Shown: positions 48,053 to 58,938 of the stretch, piece after piece
Layout: each line of letters begins with the position of its first letter
Numbering within the stretch: the stretch's first letter is position 1
Source: Sarea resinae
Lineage: Eukaryota
Reading direction: 5' to 3'
Assembly (NCBI GenBank): GCA_026026165.1
Contig: JAPEUD010000017.1
Location: 1-64,000, forward strand
Length of the DNA stretch: 64,000 nucleotides
Program-made: the position numbers and the translations under genes
The notes under the pieces: model-generated
What the model saw: only the letters and a program-made list of their open reading frames with translations
What the model was told of the DNA's origin: nothing
Databases searched by the model: none

Positions 48053-49889
48053 GGTCGCTGATAACGGGCCCTGCTCAACCTGTCCGTCCGGGGATATTGA
48101 TGCAGTTCTCTGTGCACAGTCTGTTTCAACCACGGCCGGGCCAGCCAAGGGATGTTTTGCCTGAGGCTGTCGACAATCAAAGATGGCGAGGATCTGTCTA
48201 GGAAGAGGCCGTAAATCGGCAAGCGGCCAGCTTGGGTCCGGGCTGGTGAGATTGGCCCAGATGAATATTATGGGTTCAGGCCTAGCTATTTGGATGGAAA
48301 GAGGTTCGATCAAGGTGCTTTTCAACGTTTTCGTGAGGCAGCCAGCTATGGATGTGCCGATTCCTTCGTTCTCGTTGTTTTGTCGTCCCAACGTCAAGGG
48401 TCGTGAAAATCGCTAGTATCGCAAGATGACAGATTCGAAACGCTGAAGAACTGAGAAGCCTATGCGAGGAAGTGCCGATGGGATATTATATGGAGGGTGG
48501 AACGGAGCAGCAGATGTCAAGAACCAAAGGTCAAGAGGAGGGTGGGATCGACGGCGGCGATGATGGCATGACCAGACATGGCCAGAGGAGAAGATGAAAG
48601 ACGATGGGATGGATCTTGATTGTTCAGCACTCCATCTCGAACACTAAGGTAGCAGCGGGCCCGTCCAGTGATCGGGAAGGCAGGAAGGCAGGAAGGCAGC
48701 GAGGCCGGCAGTACCTTAGCATCGTTGACTCGCTCGCGGACTAGTACCGATGGAACAAGGTTTGATTGTCTCTGGTCTCTGGTCTCTGGTCTCTCGCTCT
48801 TGCCTCGTCAATCGGGGGCGAGCTTAGGGTAAAGCCGAGAGACCCTGGTGGCGGGCTGGCGGGCCTGGCGGGCGGGCCTCGCTGGTGGTCCTATGAGTAA
48901 GGTATCTATTGCAGTGTGTGCCGTCATAACGTCAGAGTCTCTCGGATTTAAGCATTTCTCGTGCTTCGGTCGTGCGTCGTCCGATAGCTCCATGGAGCCG
49001 CATCTTCTTCTTTTTATTATTCTTCTTCTTATTGCCATCTCCTGGCCCATCAGCGCCTGCTTCATTTCAGGGCTTCCGGGCTTCGGAGAGGCTCGCTTCC
49101 CTTGACCGGTCGAGGCTGTCTATCCCCTTACCTCCCCTCTCTTTTCCATGCATGAGCTGTCGTTCGTCATCTTTCGTCTTGCGGGTCGGTGCTCCCATTG
49201 ATTCGCAGATACGACGACGTGCATCGAAGCATTACGATGGAGCCGGTCGCATATATTGGAGACCTTACGTATATACGGAGTACATCACATCACAGAGGAT
49301 CCAAAGAACAGGAGCGGACGAGCGAGCCCAGATCACCACTGCATCGTGCATCAATCGTCCCCTTACATTGGCAACAACAGCAAGTCCGATTGATCTTGCA
49401 TCGTGCAGTTTTCTCATGCGCCCAGAGAGTCCGGTTGTGTCCGGCTCTTCGGTCGCATGTGGCTAAGACTCGATCGGCAGAGCAAGCTCAACGGAGATGG
49501 ATGCACTAAGACCACTCAGTACTTCAGTACGGAGTACGGAGTAGAGTCCACCTTACTCGGTCATCGGCTGTATCAGCCCTCCGTCGGTCGTAATGACTGA
49601 CTCAGCACACGACGACCGACGGGAATCCAGCTCGGCTGACTGCAGATGTCACCTCCACCACATGGCTTATCCACGCGAAGGAGTGTTCGATTCACCTTTC
49701 TACGAAGCATCGTCGATCGTGAATTTGATGAGAATGATGAGACTGATGAGACATGCGTGAAAGCGGAAAGCGATCAATGTGGCTGAGTAGGTCATCATGG
49801 CTCGAGGCACTGCTCGAGCCCGAGGACAATGACGTTCACGTGAGATGACTACGACCGATATGTTCAAATATAATCTTTGGGAGGAATGG

Positions 49890-52800
49890 AGTTATTTGAC
49901 AGTAGTGCCAGTCTCTGGACAGGTCTCTAGACAAACCATGACGCCTATAACGTCTGTTAAGAAATCAGGTTCTTCTTCGTTGGGGGCACTGATACTGTTG
50001 AATCGATCCGCGATGACCTTGTGACTTTCAAAGTCCTCGCCGGCGCGCAACACCTGAGATCAGCCCCTTTCGACTCGCTCAAGCAGTGCAATGCCACTTA
50101 AAACCTTTGACTCGACGCAGCAGCTCGAATTTGTCTCGGCCAAACTCTACGGCAATATCATTGAGATTCGCTTCTTCAAGTAGGCCCACTGTTCTCTGCT
50201 CCATAGGCTTTCAATTTCTTCTTGTCTCCTTTTCAATCTTGTAAAAGAGGTGACTGTTTCATGGGCCGCTTTCTTACTCTTGTCCATGACTTCCACACTG
50301 ACCCATCCACGGCCCCGAAGAACTCCAGCGACTTTATCCAGCGCATAAGGCCCAGAACACTGGAGGACAAATATTATAAGGCGGCACGAGAAGTTTATCC
50401 TAATATTGAGAGAGCAGGACCGCCCAGTTCGCTAGACTTGTATTAATATATCCCGGAGAGGTGTTCGCTAGTGATTGCATCTTTAGAGCAGCTTTTTTCA
50501 AGCTTATAGCCGATAATGATTGTTGTTAGCGGCGATTGCCCGAATGTCAGGACCAGGTTTCTGACGGCCCAGACGAGAACAGCCAATTCGAGATTAATAG
50601 GCCAATGACCTATTCCATGGCTATTTAGCTGATCGATTGCGGAAAGGGAGCAGAATTTCTGGGCCTTGGGATACACAGAGGCGGTCGATTTCTGCTTCCT
50701 CTAGTGATAAACTCTCTATAAGTGTCTAGAGATGGGCATATCTCCTATTTCCTCCTTAAGAGCTGCGTGCTTGAGAATCTGTGAGAGCATCGCGCCGGAA
50801 AACATACCGCTATAATGACATTCTGAGAATTAGATAGTAGCTATGCAAAAGCCTTCTCGTGCCCTCTAGCGCTCGCCATAATCGTGGGAGGCGTTCATAA
50901 TGTGAAGTCAGGAGTGTGGACCCAGTGTCCCGGATGACACGACGTTAGGTGAAACGACAACTTGAGTTGTGCCATCGCGTTGGCTGCTGCTGTACTTTTT
51001 GTCATGTCAAGGTAGTGTTCCCTCTGCTCGGATTGAAGGTTACTTCCTGTTAGGCTATATAGTACTGTCTTATTGCCTTATATAAGTGAAATTACTAAAC
51101 GCTGAATTGACAAGTCGTATGCAGCAGTTGACGAGAAAATATACCCCCTTAGGACACCTGCGTTACTATCCGAACGCAAAGACTGCGAGATCAAGTCGCA
51201 TAACAATATCTCTGTCCAATCTCATAGCGAACTTGTCCTCGAGGCTGATTCCCTCCTGCGAATCTATCATATGCAATAATGCAACACATTGACTAGCACC
51301 ACAACTTGAGCGAGTCCTAAGACTGCTGCGGCTTTGATGGCAAGAGAAGGCAAAGCGCTACAAGTCGCCAAAAGCAACTGTAGAAGAGACTGTCGCATAG
51401 AAGCATCACTAGTCCACTTTTAAGACTACTCTGTAGGTAGTCATTTGTTTGATTTAGCATAGGGTCTTGTAGCCTGTAGAAATAGTGATTGTGGTTACTT
51501 TCTGTAGAAAACCAGTTGCATTTTGATTCCTAACTCAGCCAGCATATAATCTTTTCTTAATTTTGACTATCCTCTGCGTTTTCCCGCTGTATCTCTGAGG
51601 CAGACGTTTGTGGTCGATCTTTCCTGCTTCATCTCTTTTCTTTACGCGCTGAAATCAACGACTGACTCTCGTTCTATTTTCTTGATCTATAAGCTGCTTG
51701 ACGAACGGATGCATGGCGAGCACTATCGCATTCCCTCTAGAAAAACCGCCGGAGAGGTAGAAGAACAGTGAAAGAACACCGTTAGTCTCGAAAGTTCCTG
51801 CGTAAGACTTCTTTCGTTGGTCTAAGGACTGGCGGATCGGCAGCCACGCCCTTTGTCTCATACTCAACCAAGGTAAGCTGCTTGTTATCTCCACTAAAGA
51901 TTAACAGAACAGAAGGATAACTTGCGAAAAGTACATTAGCTATAGCAATGTTTGTATGTTGGCCCTTATCACAAGTGCAATGCTTGGCTTTTAATCCGTT
52001 CAAAATTCCTTGTTAGTGATTCTTGTAGATTATAGCAATAAGAACGTCCGCTTGCTTACTTATTTAGCCTCATTATCTTTGCCAAACATGACTTTAACTT
52101 AACAGCTATATCTAGTGATATTTTAACGCCAGATTTAATCTTTAGCAATATACCACTAAAGATCACACTATCTCTTGCTTAGTGTCTAGGCTGTTCTGCT
52201 TCTAGCTTCTTAGTATAGATCTTGCCTTAATATCTATGACCAGCAATCACTCAACCCCTTCAGTAGGTTATAGTCCATTCGAATGATGGTGTGTTTGGAT
52301 TCTCGTGCAATCTTCGCCATGTTTCTTTACTTCCATTGCTTTGAGAACCGTGATGAATTCTTCGAAGATCAGATCGCCCCATATCTCCTCTCCGAATGAT
52401 TCGCCTGTGGCGATTAATACGGCTTGGGATAGACTTGTATACTAAACTGTCGAAGAAGGTGTGTTGCCCAAGTATGACACGCATCAAATGCGTGCTGCGT
52501 GGCAATTTCCCCTCTAACAAAGAACATTGCCCTTAGCCTTAGCTAGAGTAGTCTTGACACCTACGTTAACAATATGACAATAATATATCCTGAATATATC
52601 AACTTACTACCTCTTCACAACTATTCCATACTAGTTGTTTCTAGAGCTTGTTTAAGCTGATCCTTAAAGTATGAGATTTGTCGAGCGTCAAAAGAAGAGG
52701 AGAGAGGCGCAAGACGCAGACGTCTAATATAGGCACATTCTATTTAGAGTAGCCACAATATCGATTCGCTTTTTACTCTTCATTGGAGAATAGAGTATTG

Positions 52801-55500
52801 GATTTCTTGCAAAGCGGTCGGTACTTTCCAGTCTTCTACCCTTGATGATCCTAGGCCTGTTTCTCAAGTGTTATCAGTTGGTCGTTTTACATTTGCCCTC
52901 TTTTCCGATAGTCCTGAGATTGTGATCTTATCATTGACATCTCAATGCTGTACTAATTGAGGGTACTGTGGATTCTGAGCCAGACTCGATAGTTCTCGTT
53001 TGAAACAACTGTGAATTGATGGAAGCCGCCTTAAAAGTCTGGGGCGAGGAGCGATGAGAAGACAGGTGACGAGAAGATCTGTAGTTCAATTACTACACGC
53101 CACTAAAGCAGCTGTATGAAGGAACTACAAATTAGGAAGTTCTGCAAAAGGCGTTGCAGGCGGCATCTTCTCTACGCGATTGCTCTTCCTATATTGGCTA
53201 AATCCGGATCAGCGAGCTTAACTATTACCTAGAGATGATGTGCTGGCGCAGAATTCTCGCTTTGTAGAAATGTTGAGAGGACGGAGCGATGGATGATCAA
53301 GACAAGACATTTTGAGGTTCGTGAGACGATCAATTGATTGAAAAGATCCCTTACGAAAAAAGTTCCTTAGATAGTCGTCGTCAAAATTTGCGCATGTTCT
53401 GAAAGACCTCAAAAAGGAAAGAAAAGAAGAGCGAATAGCGGCAATCAAATTTCTATAATCTTGGTGATTATAGAACACCCCTAGGCATGTCTTGCAGATT
53501 CAAGAACCCGCTAGGGTCTGAATGCTAGTATCTAGGTTAGCTTTCAGGTTTTTTCTATTTCATTGCTCGAGCCGTCGCTTTTTTCGTTCAGCTGTTTCGA
53601 TCCAAAGTGCTTGGTCTTCTTGACCTGAGGCGTGTTTGAATAGAGCCTGTGAGAAGGCGCGCGTATCTTTGAATCTTGTGATTTGTGGCACCACAGTAAG
53701 GTGACCCTTATTCACTGCGGCAATAGCATTCACCGTGTCATTCAATATCGATACACAGCCACAGGCCGGTGCCGCTTGTTGACTGACCCTTTCAAGATTT
53801 TCAGACTGCCTCCTGGCCTTGCGTGCAAAAGTAGAGCAGGCATCCCTCACACGAGTGTAGTGGGCGTCCTTGAAGCTGAGCGATAACGCGTAATCCAGCA
53901 CCATGGGCACAACCCTAGTGAGACAGGAACCACGAACAGACACAAGCTTTACCGGGACCGATAAGCACTATCCTCTTCTGCCACAATTGCACGAGAAAGA
54001 CGAGAATAAACTAGTTACTTCCGTCAAGAATATCTTGCACGATAAACCTGATAAGGCATGTGCGGCAGAGCTTTTTCTGTTCTGTTCATTCTCGATATTC
54101 TGTACCTCTTGTCTCTCTATCTTCAACCAGCACCCTGGGACTTGGGTGGGGCCGGCTTGATTTGTTTTTGACCAGTTCCCTTCTGGTCATGGTTTGTTTC
54201 ACCAGTTTCCCTCTGGTTCTTTTCTTTTTGCCAATGCAGCTATCCGTTGACCCCAGCATCGCATTAAGTGCTGGGCGGAGGCGAATACGTTTTGCCATAC
54301 GGCCACAGTAGGTGGTCCTATACTGCATTATAGGCAGTCTGCGGCTGTGGACGCCGAGGTGATGCATCGCCACAATCGGACGGGCACGCGGCTTATGGTC
54401 GGCACCAGAAATGCTGATAATTCTATGTGTCTTATATCTGGCATGAGTCTATGCCCTATTATGCTCGCATTATTTAACCTAGCAGTTATATTAGCTTGTC
54501 TAGTCTCCTAAGCAGCAGCCTTCTCGTTATAATCCTAGGTGTTAGCCTCTGCGATATATGCTATTCTTTAGTCAAACATTGTACTCTTTAGCGCTGATCG
54601 TTCTCGATGCCTTTTTCTCTGATCTGAGTCGTATCTGCTGTTGTGCCAAGGTTCTAGCTCAGTCAGCGTAGTCTTTAGTACTTGCACGTCGTACAAGATA
54701 TTTGAGCTAGAAATAAACAGGATGAAGACAGAGGGAGAAGAATAGTAGGACTTACTTTTCAATATTCGTGGGCTGTGGCTATCATGCCTGACTTACTGGC
54801 CGCTGCTTGTAGTCGGTCTCTATTGTTTTGGTCATTCACTTGCCCTAGTGAAGACTCTTGGAGTCCGAGCCATCTGACCTGTGTGGCAGTCTCCTGTATG
54901 TCAGCGTACAGTGAATCGTATTGAGCGCTGACGTTGGGGCCCTGAATCTTTCTTGTGTGAACGAGATAGGAGAAAGGGATGAGGTAGTCGAGAAAGGCTT
55001 GGATTCACTTGCTCTAGTGAAGACTCGTTGACTATGATAGGACCAGGCTATGTGTCCTGTGTCGCTCTATCGCTGCGTGTTGTTTCTCTCGTCGACAAAA
55101 TGTTGCTCTCTTCGAGCAACTTGTCCTCTGAAAGGAAATTCTTGCGAGCTTTCCACTCCTTCTATTCCCTTTCCTTTTGTTTCGTATTCGTCTGTAGAAA
55201 AAGCGAATGAGACAGACAAAATGCTTTCTTTTCTCCGATGATTTCTGGAGCTTAGACAGTCTAGACTTCTATGATACTGTGACTGTAATAGCAGCGTGAA
55301 GACCGATCTTTCGTGTCTCTCTTCGCTGACGAGACAGAGACACGACCGTGGTTTTCCTTCATTAAGAATCTCCTAGGCGATGGCTCAATTATCCGTTTCG
55401 CCTCTGTTGTCAAGTCTCCCTATTCGCGAGCACAAGAAGTCTGCGCGGATAAGGTATCTGATCAAGACTCGAGATGTCGTATGTAACCCGTCGACCGATA
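49890..55500 (-). pseudogene. RIP-like degenerate gene with Upf1/DNA2/Nam7-like SF1 helicase motif relics
   Basis: Ordered relics across shifted, stop-ridden frames: LNKL*KQLV, GVKTTLA (about 52541-52562), ATQHAFD, QADVLIA, CDKGQH (about 51958-51975), LIFSGDNKQL (about 51875-51904), IDSQEG (about 51250-51267) and RRCPKGVYFLVN (about 51127-51162). Boundaries approximate. Confidence 0.5.
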
Positions 55501-55849
55501 AGCTGACAAATAATTCAACCCTGAAAGGCTATCTTTAACCTCAAATCTATCCGTAGCTGGCATACAGATAAGAAGGAGTCAGCGTATAGATAGTCACCAG
55601 GCTACTAGATAGAAACCCTTCGGACGTTGGTATTATTTAGCTGCTATTTTCCTTATCCACTTCTGTATTTCATGATAAAAGGTGCTCTCTCTTGACTTTA
55701 TCTCAAAGCTTCTTGCACATGTCTCGAACGATAATGTATAAGTATTCCTAATCGTGACCCTGGCGAGGTCCTTGTCGGCGGATTTGATCGGCGTGTAGGA
55801 TAGGAAAATAAGTCAACTACCCGTGTACTAGGCACCTAAGTGCGATAGA

Positions 55850-56210
55850 CCATACAGCTCTCTGTAGAATTAACTATAAGCTAGATATAGAGATAATAAT
55901 CTAGCTCGTATAATATGGTGGGATCACTGAAGCTGAAGAGGTAGAACAATAATAGAAGTCTGTAGAGATAAAGTAATAGATGGAAAATAGTTATAGCCTA
56001 GTAATAAGCTAGTTGGCCTTGATTCTACTCTATCTTTTATAATAGGTAAGAAACTTAAAGGTAGTAAAGTATTGCAAATTAGTTAGATAAAGGTAGAAAT
56101 AAACTTATAATTAGTTGTCTAAAGTAGTAAGTATAGTGCGGTAGAATTAGCAAATAGTAGCTCTTCTTATATAAAAAAGTTTAGATAGATCTGTTATGTT
56201 GATAAACATC
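55850..56210. mobile_element. Strongly AT/TpA-rich tract, probable RIP-degenerate repeat relic
   Basis: Visibly the most AT-rich stretch in the window, dense in TAG/TAA/CTA and poor in CpA/TpG, with no ORF. Element family not identifiable. Confidence 0.45.
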
Positions 56211-56899
56211 TGCCTGTATATTTCCCACACGTCAGGCCAGAAGTCCTACCCACTTAGAATAGGTTGTTATCGATTCTAGGCATCTCTTCTGCAGTGGCCA
56301 TGTTCAAGACATGTTGGCGTAGAGTCCTCGCTTTGTAAAAATGCTGACAGTAAGTAAGTAGCAACCGATTACAAGGATGAGACATTCTGCGGCTCGTGAG
56401 GCAATGAACGAGAAAGAGTCCTTGTAAGAAGAGGTCCCATAACAAAGGTCCCTTAGGTCGTCCTCGATACGTGCGTATGTTCTGAATGGCCTCCAGAAGG
56501 AAAGAAACGCCAAGCTGATGTCGTTTGAAAATATGTAATATTGGATATTTTGCTGGCCAAGCTTCTCCCTGATTTTGTTTGTATAGTTTCAATGCCGGCC
56601 AGTATTGACAAGTATAGTCAAAACAAGTCGACATTGCATTTCCAGTCCCACGGGCTTTCCTATGAGTTAGCTGTCAAGCGATGTTTGGTCTTTGAAAATT
56701 CCTCTGTAGCGGCTCATCAAAAGCCGCTCTTTTTTTCAGTCAGCCTCGTCTCGTCACGCTGTTCCCCTTGATACCGTTGTTTCTGACCGCTTTGCTCGTG
56801 GATTCCTGCTTTTGTAAGACTCTTTAATTTCTCTATTCTACTAACTTGTCTAGTGCCAATTGCCCGGACTTCATCTCCACCCCCATCCCCCTTCCCCCC

Positions 56900-58116
56900 T
56901 CACCATGCACCATTTGCATGCCGCAATGGCACTTTCCCGGCCGCCGACCGCCGTCGGGACGCATCCCGGAACTCTGCCATCGAAGCAATTAGTATCCAAA
57001 GCATCCCAAAAAGGCACAACGGTCAAGGAGACAACGAACACTTACGGTCCATATCTGGCACTTTCCCGTGTCCCTTCTTGCGGACGTGCTCCTGCAAGTG
57101 GTTTAGATACGAGTAGGCCTTGTCGCATCCTGGGAAACTGCACCGGAAGATTTGCTCCTCCGGGTCGATCTCCCAGGAGCGACGGCGCCGCCGGGGGTCG
57201 GACGGCGCGGCCTGCTCGTTTCCCCCCTGTGCTTGAGGCACAGACGGGCGACGCAATGACGCTGGCTGGCCTGTATTTAATATTAGAGGAGATCGAATCA
57301 GACAAGAAGGGGGAAAGACTACCAGGCATTGCGAAGCCTCCGGCATCCACGCCGGGAGTCCCAAGTGGGGCTGCCCACTCCGTGGTGCCATCTATAGGAG
57401 ACAAGGATAGTTAGCAGTGAACGGAAGACTTAGAAATTCGTGTGTAAGGATCAATTCACCTGGCATCAGAATTATCTGGCCTTCTTGAAGAGGAGCGTTC
57501 ATCTCCCCTCTCCACGGGGGAGTCACCTGCCTATCCAGAGAGCCCCCGAGGCCCTCCACACTCCGTCTCGGGGAGACGAAGTATGGTGTCTCTGTACGCC
57601 AGAGACCAGGATCCTCGGGGTCTGGATACTGCAGTGACCCCCCGAGTGCAAGATTATCTTGCGGCTCGATGTCCTAAGATTTGACAATGTTTAGTATATT
57701 TGTTCAAATCGCTTGAACAATCGAACAAGTCCAGCATGTTCGACTCGTTCGACTCGTTCGACATGTTTGATACGTCCAGCATAGCAAACATGCTCAACAT
57801 GTTCGAGAATGTTCTATCTGGGAGGTGAAAAAGAAAGAAAGAAGGAGAAAGGAAGGTGGATAAGACTCACTCTTAAATACCCTTGGGCCGTGACCCCGGA
57901 TTCACTAGCCGCCTCTTCGGGTCGGCTCCCATTGCCATGGGCATTTACCTGTCCTGGTGAAGCTCCGTTGCGCGCCATATGTTCCCGCTGCGTGCTCTGC
58001 ATAGCGGCCTCAAGATATCCTCGTACGTCAGTGTACAGTGAATAATATCGAGTGGGTAAAGTAGAAAAGTAATCGCTCACGAGAGAAGAGCCACGGCGTT
58101 GGCTGCTTCCTGGCAT
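56900..58116 (-). CDS. C2H2 zinc-finger protein (5 exons)
   Basis: Introns 57870-57674, 57459-57392, 57322-57271 and 57045-56974, all GT-AG, give one open frame containing FRCSFPGCDKAYSYLNHLQEHVRKKGHG. Confidence 0.75.
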
Positions 58117-58938
58117 ATCTCTTGTTGGAAAGGTATGTAATGGACAAAGGTTCGAGAACTATCTCGATATGGCTTGCGGGATGTTGAAAGTATTGGAACT
58201 TGTATGAAGTGCGTTTGAAAAAATGTGTTCTGGGCAACCTCCAAAAGAAAAAAAAGAAGAAAGACGGCAGGCCGTGCGGTTTCTTAAATAGCACGAGCAC
58301 GACCTGTCTCGGCTGTTTGGAGGATGTGAATTGAAGTCAGTGACGGGAGGGAACTGAGGCCTAATACAGACATTTCAGGATGTGAAGTGAGAGCTTCACA
58401 CAGATATGCGGTGGTAAAGACATCGGTTGAAGGAAATGGTATGCAAAATGTGGGAAGTAGGATGTGAATAGCATCGGCAATGCGGTGAGAGCGAGAGTGA
58501 GGGTGAAGAATGAACAATAGCCTGGTTTGACACTGACGACAGATGGATGTGAATTTGGCCAGGCGTGAATGGAGCTGCATGTGAGTTGAGTGCCTCACCA
58601 CATCCTCATTCTGGTCTGTGGTGGGAGGTGAACACTCCCTATAGTACCTAGGAAAACATAAAGGACTAGAAAAGAACCAGAGAAGGCAACGTGCTTTCAC
58701 GTATTCAAGAATCTATCGATATAGCTACATTTGGTGGATTTCATGGCTGGTAGAATCTATGTTCGTAAAGGGGAAGTAGAAGTAAAACGCCGGAAAATGC
58801 AATGGCTCCAATTTTCGGCTGTTTTCCTAGCACCTAATATAGTACAGAAGTGGACAAGCGGCCGGTCATTTTCTTCCACATAGCCATCATACAGACACGC
58901 TACAGATGTGAAGATAACAAAACGAGAGGCAAGAAGAA

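Noticed and set aside
48400..49850. Short ORFs upstream of the DHA1 gene
   Set aside because: No recognisable domains or coherent splice structure; consistent with a long promoter region.
54270..54400. Possible CCHC zinc knuckle relic (WRC...TAADC) on the minus strand
   Set aside because: Needs frameshifts to restore the ligands; too degenerate to support.
49850..58750. Starship captain, Helitron Rep or LTR retrotransposon assignment for the island
   Set aside because: No DUF3435, HUH Rep, RT or integrase motifs and no terminal repeats recognised by eye, so the family is left unassigned.
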